DNA of 64,000 nt from Nibricoccus sp. (GTDB taxonomy: Bacteria; Verrucomicrobiota; Verrucomicrobiia; Opitutales; Opitutaceae). Shown here in pieces: positions 28,412-38,505 of this stretch. How positions within the stretch are numbered: the first letter of the stretch is position 1; each line of letters opens with the position of its first letter. A model generated the notes under the pieces. It was given only the letters and a program-made list of their open reading frames with translations. It searched no databases and was not told where the DNA came from. The stretch is from assembly GCA_047602425.1 (NCBI GenBank), contig JASGHG010000001.1:320001-384000 (forward strand). Direction: 5' to 3'. Both the position numbers and the translations under genes were made by a program.

Positions 28412-29551
28412 TCAGCGTCGAACTGGGAACAACATGCGCAATGTCGTGCCGCGCGTCGGCGCACTTTCCAGCGCCAGGGTGGCGCCATGCGCGCCGAGGA
28501 TGTGACGGCAAATGCCCAGTCCGAGGCCCGTGCCATGGGACTTCGTGGTGAAGCCACCTTTCAGGGCGCGCGCGGCGGTTTCGTTGTCCATTCCCGAACC
28601 ATTGTCGATGACACAAAGTTCCCACTGCTCGCCGTTTTGCTCGACTGATACCCCGATGTGGGTCGCGCCGGCTTCGAGGCCGTTCTTAAAGATGTTTTGA
28701 AACACACGCGTGAGCTCAAATTGCGAGCCGCGGATCACCGCACGTTTCGCGCCGTGGATTTCAATCGCGGGATTGCTGAAAAAGATCACGTCCTTCACGT
28801 GTTGCGCCAGTTTCACGAGATCGAGGTCCGCAAACTGCGAGCTCTTCCGGCTGGTCTGGCGCCAATTGTCCGCCAACTCGTGACAATATTCTGCCGCGCG
28901 TGTGACCACGTCGGCGTAGCTCAAAAGTTTCTTCGCCTCCTCGTTGTCGGCTTTGGCCAGTTTCTTCGACTGCTGCACCAGCAATGTCGCATAACCAATC
29001 ATCACCGTCAACGGGTTCGCCAGGTCGTGCACGAGTTCCACCGCCGCCCTGCCCTGCCAGATCTGCGGCTGTTTTTCCTCGATTTCGCGCTTCAAAGCCG
29101 TGTTCAGTTCCTCGGTCCGGCGCGTAAGCAGGGTGTGCTGGCGCCGCTCGGCCGAAGCGTGCGATTGCTTGCGAACCGCGTCCAATAGCTCGGCAATGTC
29201 CGGCGGCTTGCGCAGATACTGGTTCGCGCCGTGCAGCATCGATTGTTGCGCCGTTTGCAGCGTTCCATAACCAGTCAACATCACTACGGACACGTCGCGG
29301 TCAACCTTGCGGATCGCTTCGAGCGCACGAATGCCGTCCATTTCGGGCATGCGGATGTCGAGCACCACGACGGAAAAAGGACGCTCCTGCACGCGCTTGA
29401 TGCCCTCGGAGGGACGGTCCGCCGTCACCACATCGAACTCTTTCGAGAGCGTGTAGGCGATCGACTCGCGCGGGCCGTACTCGTCGTCGACGATGAGCAC
29501 GAGGGGTTTCTCAACGACGTCGACAGGGACTGACACAATTTCTTTCAACAT
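28412..29551 (-). CDS. Hybrid response regulator / histidine kinase
   Basis: REC (LIVDDE, LDIRMP, YLRKP) plus HDLANPL, DNGSG, GTGLGL. Confidence 0.92.
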   Translation of the reverse strand: MLKEIVSVPVDVVEKPLVLIVDDEYGPRESIAYTLSKEFDVVTADRPSEGIKRVQERPFSVVVLDIRMPEMDGIRALEAIRKVDRDVSVVMLTGYGTLQTAQQSMLHGANQYLRKPPDIAELLDAVRKQSHASAERRQHTLLTRRTEELNTALKREIEEKQPQIWQGRAAVELVHDLANPLTVMIGYATLLVQQSKKLAKADNEEAKKLLSYADVVTRAAEYCHELADNWRQTSRKSSQFADLDLVKLAQHVKDVIFFSNPAIEIHGAKRAVIRGSQFELTRVFQNIFKNGLEAGATHIGVSVEQNGEQWELCVIDNGSGMDNETAARALKGGFTTKSHGTGLGLGICRHILGAHGATLALESAPTRGTTLRMLFPVRR

Positions 29552-29756
29552 AGTGAAGTTGCGACAGGAACTGGCGAACGTGTGCCCTTTGGCGCTGGAA
29601 TAGCCGTGGGAAGCATGAGGCGTTCTTTGGCCTTCGCCCTCCAGTTGTCAAGAATCTGTCAAGAAAACCTGCGCATTTTTTGCTCTCGGTCCTGCGCGAA
29701 CATCTAGTTCAGCGCGTTGTTGCCATGCGCGCCGCAGTCGCAAAACCTCCCTCTTC

Positions 29757-31082
29757 GTGGAAACCCTTTTCATCGCCCTAGGCGCCGCCATTGCCGCCGC
29801 TCTCCTCGCCTGGTTTTTCGCCAATAGCCGTCAAGCCGCCCTCCGCGAGCGCCTTCGGTCGCGCGAGGAAGACGTCGCCCGCCTCACAGCCGAACTGGCC
29901 GCCGTCCAAAAACGCCTCGCCGACTCCGAAGCCGCGCGTGCCCAGGCTGACACCGCCCTCGCAGCGGAACGCGCCTCCTCTTCCGAACGCATCAAGGCTC
30001 TCACCGAGGCTCATGAACGTCTCACCGCCGAATTCAAAGCGCTTTCCGCCGATGCGTTAAAAAACAACAACACTGCCTTTCTCGAACTCGCCCGCGCCAC
30101 GCTCGAAAAATTCCAGGAAGGCGCCCGTGGCGACCTCGCCGCCCGCCAGCAAGCCATCGATTCGCTCGTCAAACCCCTCAAGGAATCGCTGGACAAAGTG
30201 GACTTCAAAATAGGAGCGCTCGAAAGCGCCCGCAAGGAGGCCTACGGCTCGCTCACGGAGCAGCTCAAGGGCCTCGCAACCGCCCAAATTTCCCTCCAAA
30301 CCGAAACCACCAAACTTTCCCGCTCGCTCCGCTCCACCAGCACCGCTGGTCGCTGGGGCGAGGTCCAGCTTCAGCGCGTGGTCGAGCTCGCCGGCATGGT
30401 CGAAAATGTCGACTTCATCCAACAGGAAGCCCAGGGCGAAGTCCGCCCCGATATGATCATCCGGCTGCCTGGCGGAAAAGCCCTAGCGGTCGACGCCAAA
30501 GCGCCGATGCAGGCCTACCTCGAGGCGCTGGAAGCCGGTGACGAAACGATTCGAATCGCCAAATTCAAGGAGCATGCCCGCACGGTCCGCGGGCATATCG
30601 ACGCCCTCGGCAACAAGGCCTATTGGAAAAATATCCAGCCCGCTCCGGAATTCGTCGTTCTCTTTATTCCCGGCGAAGCCTTCTACAGCGCGGCGCTCCG
30701 CTACGAACCCGATCTCTTCGAACGCGGCACGAGTCTCGGCGTCATCCTCGCGTCGCCCGCCACGCTCATCGCTCTTCTCAAGGCCGCGGCTTACGGTTGG
30801 AAGCAGGAAGCCCTTTCGAAAAACACCGAGGAAATTCGCAAGCTCGGCCTCGAACTCCACGAACGTGTTGCCTCTGTGGCCGAAAATCTCGACACGCTCG
30901 GCCAGCGTCTCAATCAAGCCGTCGGAGCGTACAACAGCACCGTCAACGCCGTCGAAAACCGCGTTCTCGTCACCGGCCGCCGGCTCGAAAAACTCGGCGC
31001 CGGCAGCGAAAAGAAAATTTCAGAACCGCGCCTGGTCGACGAGCAACCGAAACAATTGACAGCTCCAGAACTTCAAGGTTAG
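29757..31082 (+). CDS. rmuC: DNA recombination protein RmuC
   Basis: N-terminal TM and coiled coil, GRWGEVQL, RPDMIIRLP, VDAKAP, EFVVLFIPGE. Confidence 0.92.
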   Translation: METLFIALGAAIAAALLAWFFANSRQAALRERLRSREEDVARLTAELAAVQKRLADSEAARAQADTALAAERASSSERIKALTEAHERLTAEFKALSADALKNNNTAFLELARATLEKFQEGARGDLAARQQAIDSLVKPLKESLDKVDFKIGALESARKEAYGSLTEQLKGLATAQISLQTETTKLSRSLRSTSTAGRWGEVQLQRVVELAGMVENVDFIQQEAQGEVRPDMIIRLPGGKALAVDAKAPMQAYLEALEAGDETIRIAKFKEHARTVRGHIDALGNKAYWKNIQPAPEFVVLFIPGEAFYSAALRYEPDLFERGTSLGVILASPATLIALLKAAAYGWKQEALSKNTEEIRKLGLELHERVASVAENLDTLGQRLNQAVGAYNSTVNAVENRVLVTGRRLEKLGAGSEKKISEPRLVDEQPKQLTAPELQG

Positions 31083-31114
31083 GTATTCCAGCATCCAGCC
31101 ACGGATACCTCAAC

Positions 31115-32140
31115 ATGACTGTTACCTCACGAGTTCGCGCAGGCCTCCGACAATTTATCCGCATCTTTGCACTGCTAACTTTGGCATCGTCGCCAGCCAT
31201 CCTGGCAGCGGAAATCGAGACAACCTCCGCCAGTGCCGAGGACGTCGACAAGGCGCTCAAGGGCAAGTTGACCTACAATTTTGTCGTCCTCAAAAACGGC
31301 GAAATTGTCGATCAGGACGGACGGCACTTAACAGCAAAAACCGCCAAAGACTATCTGGCGCGCGCAAAACCAGAACCCAAGGCGGCATATATCTTTTGGA
31401 TACCCGATCCCACGGCAGTCGAAATCGTGAAGAGCCTGATCGGACCATTTTCGGACTACGGCGCGACGATGCTTGTGATCCGCGAGAAGGACAAATCACA
31501 GAAGCCCAAACCACCCGCAGAGGATAATACCTCGAAGACCTTGATGATGGTGGGCGATGTCAATCCCGCATCACTTTCCGCAAAGGACAAAGCGCCCAAA
31601 ATGTCCGGCCGGCCCAAGAACCTTCGCCCCGGGAAGCTTCCGGCACGCGTCCGCTATGTTTTCCGTCCCGATGCCGAGGTGGTGGCCGCAGCAAAAAAAG
31701 CTGAAGAACTGCTGCTGGGCAAAGAACGCCCCGATCTCGCGAAATACTTCGATAAGAAGACCACGTTTATCCAGCCCGGCGCATGGAATTACCTCTCCTA
31801 CCTCATCCCGTTGCATGAGGCAAAAACCTTCACCGCCAAGATAGAACTCGGAACCAAAGTCGTCAGTCTTGACGGCAAGCTGCTAACCCAACCCACGGAT
31901 TTTTCCATCGCGGTCGACGAACTTCGTAGTTTGATCGCAGCCGACGGCGGCGGCGCCATTCGGGCATTCACCACGGCGGAAATGGACCTCTGGTGGACAT
32001 TTATCAGCATCGATATCGAAGAGCCTGTATTTGTCCTTGAAACCAAAGGTGGTAAATACCGGTTCGTTATCGCCCTCAGTGAGGACCACGTATTCTGCTT
32101 CGACGAGTTAAACTTCTTCACGCCGCAAAAGAAGAAGTAA
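31115..32140 (+). CDS. Hypothetical exported protein
   Basis: Start moved to MTVTSRV (31115); signal peptide; the upstream part of the track ORF overlaps rmuC. Confidence 0.7.
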   Translation: MTVTSRVRAGLRQFIRIFALLTLASSPAILAAEIETTSASAEDVDKALKGKLTYNFVVLKNGEIVDQDGRHLTAKTAKDYLARAKPEPKAAYIFWIPDPTAVEIVKSLIGPFSDYGATMLVIREKDKSQKPKPPAEDNTSKTLMMVGDVNPASLSAKDKAPKMSGRPKNLRPGKLPARVRYVFRPDAEVVAAAKKAEELLLGKERPDLAKYFDKKTTFIQPGAWNYLSYLIPLHEAKTFTAKIELGTKVVSLDGKLLTQPTDFSIAVDELRSLIAADGGGAIRAFTTAEMDLWWTFISIDIEEPVFVLETKGGKYRFVIALSEDHVFCFDELNFFTPQKKK

Positions 32141-32202
32141 CGCAACCGATGCTGCCAGCACTTTGGCGTTTTTAGCTCAAGCTAATCCAAACCGCGGCAG
32201 GC

Positions 32203-33309
32203 TCAGCGAACTTGCAGCGTGTCGCCTTCGTAAGCCAAGCCGAGCGACGGAATGACGACCGCTTTGCGCGCGCCTTCTTTTTTTACGCGGCCGGCCAGCC
32301 ACGCATCGTATCCTGCGGCTTTCGCGGCTTCGAGCACGGGCTCAGCCAACTCGGGCGCCACGTACGCGGCAAAACCTATGCCTTGGTTAAAGGTGGCATA
32401 CATTTCGCGCTTCGAAATCGGGCCGGCCTTTTCGAGAAATTGAAACAACGCCGGTTCCTGACGCACGTTCGTGATTTCGTAGACGAACGGCTCTTCAAGT
32501 CGCATGAGTTTGCGCCAGCCGTGGCCGGTGACATGCGCAACGTAATTGAGCTTCAATCCACGCTGCTGGCATTCGCGCACGAACTCGACGTAGATCACCG
32601 AAGGCGCGAGCAGTGCCTCGCCGTAAGTGCGCGAGTCGCCAAAGCCAATTGGCGTCTGATATCCTTGCGGCAGTTGATCGGCGATTTTGCGGCAAAGCGT
32701 GAGGCCGTTGGTCTGCACGCCGGAGGAAGCGAGGAAAATAATCGCGTCGCCGTCCTTCACGTCACCGGTGATGCGAAGGTTCTTTGGCGAGATTTTTCCG
32801 ACCGCTGAACCGGCAAGCACGATGGTATTCGGTTCCACAATACCGCGCAGCGTCGGAGTCTCGCCTCCGCCCCAGACCGCGCCGGCCTGCTTGCAGCCCT
32901 CGGCAAATCCGTCGACGAGGCCCTGCATGCGCTTTTCGTCTGAAAACCAGCCGGAATCGCCAACCGCCGCATGCATCGCGACGGAAATCGGCAGCGCGCC
33001 GCAGGTCGCGAGGTCATTCACGATGGTCGCAACGGTGTCGATCGATATCTCGCGATAAAAACATTTCCTAGTCTGCGCATAAACCGCGTCCGCAACCAGA
33101 TTCTTGGTGCCAAGGCCTTCCTCGACGTGAGCGAGGTAGTGATCCTCGGCCTCCATCAAATAGGCGCTTTCGCCGCGCGTGGTCGCGGGCTCGCTATAAC
33201 CATGATCCGCCAGCAATCCGGCGGTGGTGCGGGCGGCGCGCTGGCAGGCGCGTTTGAATGCGTCGAGTTGATCGTAACGGACACCGGAGGATTCGTAGGA
33301 AAGTCCCAT
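32203..33309 (-). CDS. purM: Phosphoribosylformylglycinamidine cyclo-ligase (AIR synthase)
   Basis: YESSGV, EGLGTK, VNDL, GGET, SSGVQTNG, HVTGHG, TFNQGIG; directly downstream of purF. Confidence 0.88.
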   Translation of the reverse strand: MGLSYESSGVRYDQLDAFKRACQRAARTTAGLLADHGYSEPATTRGESAYLMEAEDHYLAHVEEGLGTKNLVADAVYAQTRKCFYREISIDTVATIVNDLATCGALPISVAMHAAVGDSGWFSDEKRMQGLVDGFAEGCKQAGAVWGGGETPTLRGIVEPNTIVLAGSAVGKISPKNLRITGDVKDGDAIIFLASSGVQTNGLTLCRKIADQLPQGYQTPIGFGDSRTYGEALLAPSVIYVEFVRECQQRGLKLNYVAHVTGHGWRKLMRLEEPFVYEITNVRQEPALFQFLEKAGPISKREMYATFNQGIGFAAYVAPELAEPVLEAAKAAGYDAWLAGRVKKEGARKAVVIPSLGLAYEGDTLQVR

Positions 33310-33324
33310 GATTTGTCGGCGCGC

Positions 33325-35242
33325 TCAGTAGCTGCGGCCTTCGCTTTTTTCAAAATAGTTGATGAACGCCTGATTCACGACGCGGTAACCGCCAGGCGTC
33401 GGGTAGTTGCCGGTGAAATACCAGTCGCCACGATGGTTCGGCACGGCGATGTGAAGGTTTTCGACGGTTTGGAAAATGATTTCAATCTCGCCCTTCCACT
33501 CGATGTTTTTCGGCCGCACGAGTTCGACGATGCGTGTAGAAAGCTGCTCGGCGGAGAATGGCTCGTAGATTTTGCAGACGTGGTTCGTTCGTGTACCGCC
33601 GGCCGGCTTGGCGACTTCAGCGCGGCAAAGATTATAGACTTCCTCGATCAGGCCGCCCCGACCGTGGTCCTTGAGCAACGAAATCGCGGCTTCGAAGGCG
33701 ATGAATTTGCCAAGTTCCGACATGTCGATGCCATAGCAGTCGGGATAACGGATCTGCGGCGCGGTCGAAGCGATGACGATTTTGCGCGGGTTCAAGCGCG
33801 AAAGGATGCGCAGGATCGAGCGGCGCAGCGTGGTGCCGCGAACGATGGAATCGTCGACGCATACGAGAGCGTCATCGGGCTTTACCGAACCATACGCAAT
33901 GTCATAAACGTGGCTCGCGAGCTGGTTTCGCATCGCTTCCTGCCCGATGAACGTGCGGATTTTAATATCCTTGCTCACGACTTTCTCCGCGCGCGGCCAG
34001 TTGCGCAGGATGAGATCATCGATGAGCTGCTCGCTCAAATTACCCTCGCGCGCGGCTTTCATGATGGAGCTTTTTACCTCGTCGCGGCGGCGGGTTCGGA
34101 GCTGTTCCATCAGGCCGTAGAAGGCGATTTCAGCGGTGTTCGGGATGAAGCTGAAAACAGCGTTCCCAAAATCGCCGCCGACGGACTTAATCACCTGATC
34201 GACCATGCGACCGCCGAGGGCTTTGCGCTCGCGGTAAATGTCGAGGTCGTTGCCACGCGAAAAATAAATGCGTTCGAACGAACACGAGGACCGCGGCAAT
34301 GGCTCGGTGAAACGCGTGCTGGTGATCGCGCCGCGTTTTTTGATCACGACAACGTGGCCGGGCTCGACCTCTTTGACTTGATCGACGCTCAGATCGAACA
34401 CCGTCATGAGTGGTGCACGTTCGGAGGCGAAGGCGATCACCTCGTCGTTTTGGAAATAGTGACATGGACGGATACCGGACGGATCGCGCGCGACAAACGC
34501 GTCGCCATTGCCAACCATGCCGACCAAGGAATAACCTCCATCCCACTTTTTTGCGGAACGCGTGATGACACGGGCAATGTCGAGTTCGTCGTTGATGCGG
34601 CGGGTGATCTCGGCACCAGGCAGGTTTTGGTTACGCAGATTGCGGTAGAGGTCCTCGTGTTCCTCATCGAGGAAGAAACCGATTTTTTCGAGCAACGCCT
34701 GCGTGTCGGTGGCAAAAATCGGATGCTGGCCCATCGCGATGAGGCTGTCGTTCAGCTCCGCGGTGTTGGTCATGTTGAAATTTCCGCAGAGCGCGAGATT
34801 GCGCGTCGGACCACGAACTGCGGCGGAAATAAGGATGGCACGAACTCATGTTGTAGCCACCCGAAGTGCCGTAGCGGAGATGGCCCATGAAAAGTTCGCC
34901 GCCAAAGTCGAAGTGCTGCTTCACCGTGTCGGCGAATTCGGGATGAATTTCGCCGGTGGAAACTTTTTCGTTATAGGCGGACAGAAGCGTCCTGAAGATC
35001 TTGTCCAGCGGGTTGGTCTTCACGCAACGCTCGCGGTACATGTAGGGCTCGCCCGGAGCCATATCGAGTTTCACACAGGCCACGCCCGCGCCGTCCTGGC
35101 CGCGATTGTGCTGCTTTTCCATGAGCAGAAAGAGCTTCGTGAACCCCCACAGTGGCGAGCCGTATTTTTCCTGGTAATACGACAGCGGTTTGAGCAAGCG
35201 GACCAAGGCGATGCCGCACTCGTGGGTGATCTTATCGGACAT
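33325..35242 (-). CDS. purF: Amidophosphoribosyltransferase, with a +1 frameshift at about 34810
   Basis: N-part HECGI, QHNRGQDGAG, GHLRYGT; C-part CSFERIYFSRG, VDDSIVRGTT, YGIDM. Deleting the base at 34810 joins RRSSW to PTRNLALCGNFN. Confidence 0.9.
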
Positions 35243-35463
35243 AGACAGATAGATAACGCAATCCGACGCGCGCGCAATCCGACGCGTGCCCGGCAGCCAC
35301 CCCCGGCGTTTTCAACGCTTGGTTTTCGAAGGTGACGTGGTTGTTAATTTTCACAGCCGTTAAAACCATGGGATGACGTCGTGAAACAAAATCTGGTCAA
35401 GGGTTTTCACCGGCTTCCCAAACCGCGCCGCAGTTCACAGGGAGCGCACCATCCGCCAGCGGC

Positions 35464-35492
35464 TTGACACCTCTCTCGGCACTCCCTTAATC
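35464..35492 (+). promoter_or_regulatory. Possible sigma70 promoter of efp
   Basis: Perfect TTGACA at 35464-35469 with weak -10-like (C)TTAAT 16-17 bp downstream. Confidence 0.4.
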
Positions 35493-35529
35493 CAACACCC
35501 TTTCACAACTCAAAAACCCGTCTTCTGTC

Positions 35530-36087
35530 ATGCCCGCAGCCAACGATATCCGTAAAGGCCAAGTCATTAAATTCAACGGCGAGCCCCACCTCGTCATGGA
35601 AACCCAGCACCGCACCCCGGGCAACCTCCGCGCCTTTGTGCAGATCAAGATGCGCAACCTTCGCTACGGCAAAGCCCTCGATCAACGTTTCGCCTCCACC
35701 GACACCATCGAAGTTCTCCCGACCGAGAAGAAGTCCCTAGAGTTCAGCTACGCCGATCGCGACACGTACGCTTTCATGGATCCCGAGACCTTCGAGCAAA
35801 TCGAGCTCAACGCCACCACGCTCGGCGACGTGAAAAATTATCTCACCGCGGGTGGTAAAGTCGACGTCCTCTTCGTCGATGAAAAAGCGCTCACCGTCGA
35901 AGTCCCTTCCGCAGTCGCCCTCAAAGTCATCGAGAGTGCCGAAGGCATCAAAGGCGACACCGCCTCGAACGTTCAGAAACCGGCAAAACTCGAAACCGGC
36001 CTCGTTGTTCAAGTCCCCCTCTTCGTCAAGGAAGGCGAAATCATCCGCATCAACACCACCGACGGCACCTACCTCGGTCGCGCCTAA
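35530..36087 (+). CDS. efp: Elongation factor P
   Basis: IRKG, FMDPETFEQ, KGDTA, KPAKLETG, VPLFVKEGE, YLGR. Confidence 0.96.
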   Translation: MPAANDIRKGQVIKFNGEPHLVMETQHRTPGNLRAFVQIKMRNLRYGKALDQRFASTDTIEVLPTEKKSLEFSYADRDTYAFMDPETFEQIELNATTLGDVKNYLTAGGKVDVLFVDEKALTVEVPSAVALKVIESAEGIKGDTASNVQKPAKLETGLVVQVPLFVKEGEIIRINTTDGTYLGRA

Positions 36088-36114
36088 TCACCCCGGTAAG
36101 CCTCCTTCATTTTC

Positions 36115-36144
36115 AAACGCGGCCCACACGGGCCGCGTTTTTTT
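36115..36144 (+). terminator. Rho-independent terminator of efp
   Basis: AAACGCGGCCC-acac-GGGCCGCGTTT followed by a T-run. Confidence 0.85.
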
Positions 36145-36535
36145 GTCGTCCGAGCGGAGCAGGGGCCAGTTCCTCCGCCTGAGGGTTGTTACAAAGACGA
36201 CCGCTTTCTCGGCGCGCGTTCTAGGTTTAAAAGTGAGCACTTAGCTGAACAATTTTTCGCCGGATAGTTTGTCATTTAATACGTTACAAACTATCCGCCA
36301 GAGCCAAAACGATTCAGATTCTACGCGTCGTTCATAGGGATCCGCGTAAAGTGAGCTTTGGCGTCCAGCGATTGGCAACACAGTCGTTTCGGTCCCTTGG
36401 CAGTTTAGACAAGGCTTGTAGGGTTTCTTCGACCGGGCCTTCGGACTTCCCTATCGCGGCGCCAAAGCGCCCTCTTCCAACTGTCAGGCAAGCAACCCCG
36501 TTGAACAGTATGACGGCGTTTTCCTAACTCGCTTC

Positions 36536-37732
36536 ATGCGAACCCCGTTCCGCCCATTTCTTACCGCAATTTGCCTGGCCGCTGTCACCCCTTCGATTTT
36601 TGCGGCCGACACCACCGCCCACGCTGTCGCCGGTACGCCCGCCAGCGCTCATTTCGCCAACTGGCCCAAGGGCGCCTCGCCCCAGGAAGTCGGCAAGCTT
36701 ATCGCGGAAAATTTCGTGGTTCGTCCGCACGGCAACTTGGGACGTCCTCGCAACCCACGCTTCATCATCTATCCCGAAGTCTGCGCGTGGTATGGTTCGC
36801 TGACCTTCGCCCAACTCACAGGCGACAAAGACCTCACTCAACGCCTCATCACCCGCTTCGATCCGTTGCTGACGCCGGCCGAAGCCAAGCTCATCCCAAA
36901 CCCCATCCACGTCGACCTCTCCGTTTTTGGCGCTCTCCCTCTTGAAATTTATCTTCAAACGAAGGACACCCGTTACCTCGCGCTCGGCCAGTGGGCAGCC
37001 GATACCCAATGGGCTGTGCCGAACCCAAATCTTACCGCCAATTGGGAGGATCTCACCGAGCAAAATGGCGATGCCGCCGCCTTGATGGCCCAGGGTTTGT
37101 CGCCGCAAACCCGCTACTGGATCGACGACATGTACATGATCAACATCCTCCAGGCGCAGGCTTTTCGCGCGACTAAAAATCCCGTTTATCTCGATCGCGC
37201 CGCCCGGGAAATGGTTTCGTACCTCGACAAGCTTCAACAGCGCAATGGACTCTTCTTCCACGCGCCCGACGCTCCGCACTTTTGGGGCCGAGGCAATGGC
37301 TGGTTCGCCGCCGGCTTCACCGAAATCCTCCGCGCGATGCCGGCCAACCACCCCCTTCGCAGTCAAATTCTGGCCGGATACCGTACCATGATGGCCTCCT
37401 TGCTGAAGTTCCAAGGCGAGGACGGCATGTGGCGCCAACTCGTCGACCGTCCCGAGTCCTGGCCGGAGACTTCTGGCTCCGCCATGTTCACCTTTGCCTT
37501 CATCACTGGCGTAAAAGAAGGCTGGCTCGACGAAAAAACCTACGGCCCCGCCGCCCGCAAAGCCTGGCTCGCGCTCGTCGGCTACCTCGACGAAAAAGCC
37601 AACCTCCGCGACGTCTGCGAAGGCACCAATAAAAAAGACGACTACGACTTCTACATGAAACGCGCAAAGGTCCTCGGCGACCTCCATGGCCAATCTCCCA
37701 TGCTTTGGTGCGCCTCAGCCCTCCTGCGCTGA
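36536..37732 (+). CDS. Glycoside hydrolase family 105/88 (unsaturated rhamnogalacturonyl hydrolase-like)
   Basis: WIDDMYM, GLFFH, WGRGNGW, GMWRQ, ETSGSAM motifs; signal peptide. Confidence 0.9.
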   Translation: MRTPFRPFLTAICLAAVTPSIFAADTTAHAVAGTPASAHFANWPKGASPQEVGKLIAENFVVRPHGNLGRPRNPRFIIYPEVCAWYGSLTFAQLTGDKDLTQRLITRFDPLLTPAEAKLIPNPIHVDLSVFGALPLEIYLQTKDTRYLALGQWAADTQWAVPNPNLTANWEDLTEQNGDAAALMAQGLSPQTRYWIDDMYMINILQAQAFRATKNPVYLDRAAREMVSYLDKLQQRNGLFFHAPDAPHFWGRGNGWFAAGFTEILRAMPANHPLRSQILAGYRTMMASLLKFQGEDGMWRQLVDRPESWPETSGSAMFTFAFITGVKEGWLDEKTYGPAARKAWLALVGYLDEKANLRDVCEGTNKKDDYDFYMKRAKVLGDLHGQSPMLWCASALLR

Positions 37733-37763
37733 CCGAATCAGTCAAAGTATCCAAAATTTCCCC

Positions 37764-37797
37764 GCCCCGGCCGCCAATATGCGCCGGGGCTTTTTAT
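37764..37797 (+). terminator. Rho-independent terminator
   Basis: GCCCCGGC...GCCGGGGC-TTTTT. Confidence 0.75.
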
Positions 37798-38025
37798 TGG
37801 CCACACGAGGCCTTCGCGTTTTCGCTCCTCGGCTTTTCAAGTAGCCGGTCGCCGGCCCCCAAAAAAACGGCGAGCTATCAAATCCAGCCGCTGACAGGGC
37901 TGGCTGACGGCATCGACGACCGCAATAATTTCCGCGGCATGATGCTTTTTATGGGAAGTGGGTGTAGCGTATTACCGTAAACGGGGGCTTTGCCACCAAA
38001 CCGTTCCATCCACACCAAAACTGCC

Positions 38026-38490
38026 ATGGACCAAGCCACGTTGATCGCAAAATTCCTCTTCTTCGCGTCGCTGGCGGGACTGCTCGGAGCGGCGGCGATG
38101 ACCGTGACGATGTGGGCCATCTCCAGTACACGCTGGGCACGGACGAACATGATTGTCGCCGTGGGCAGCCTGCTCACCAAATCGCGCGACAACGCTTTTC
38201 TCGTCGGCCTGTTCCTTCACGGCATCTCGGCGGTCGTTTTTGGCATCGTCTACGGTTTACTCCTTCTGGCCGTTGGTTTGGCAAATTGGCCCGCCGCGCT
38301 CTTTGCCGGCGGAGGACTCGGAGTCTTTCACGGGCTCGTCGTGAGTCTTTCGCTTTGCTGGCTGGTCGCCGAGCAGCATCCCGTGGAAGAATTTCGCCAC
38401 GTCAGCATAGCGGTGGCATTCACGCATTTTGTCGGGCACGTCGTCTACGGCGCGGTGGTCGGTTTGGTGGTTGCACTCGTGCCGTTGTAA
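38026..38490 (+). CDS. Four-TM membrane protein with intramembrane His residues
   Basis: Hydrophobic helices with FLHG, VFHG, HFVGH. Confidence 0.75.
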   Translation: MDQATLIAKFLFFASLAGLLGAAAMTVTMWAISSTRWARTNMIVAVGSLLTKSRDNAFLVGLFLHGISAVVFGIVYGLLLLAVGLANWPAALFAGGGLGVFHGLVVSLSLCWLVAEQHPVEEFRHVSIAVAFTHFVGHVVYGAVVGLVVALVPL

Positions 38491-38505
38491 AATCGGCCCG
38501 CTCCG

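Noticed and set aside
32971..34890. 639-aa + strand ORF and similar long antisense ORFs (e.g. 691-1656, 36524-37693, 47778-48824)
   Set aside because: Shadow frames opposite well-supported genes in GC-rich DNA.
36274..36301. dif site (ATTTAA...CTATCCGC resemblance)
   Set aside because: About 17 of 28 matches to E. coli dif by eye, with a poor XerD arm; better described as part of an inverted repeat.
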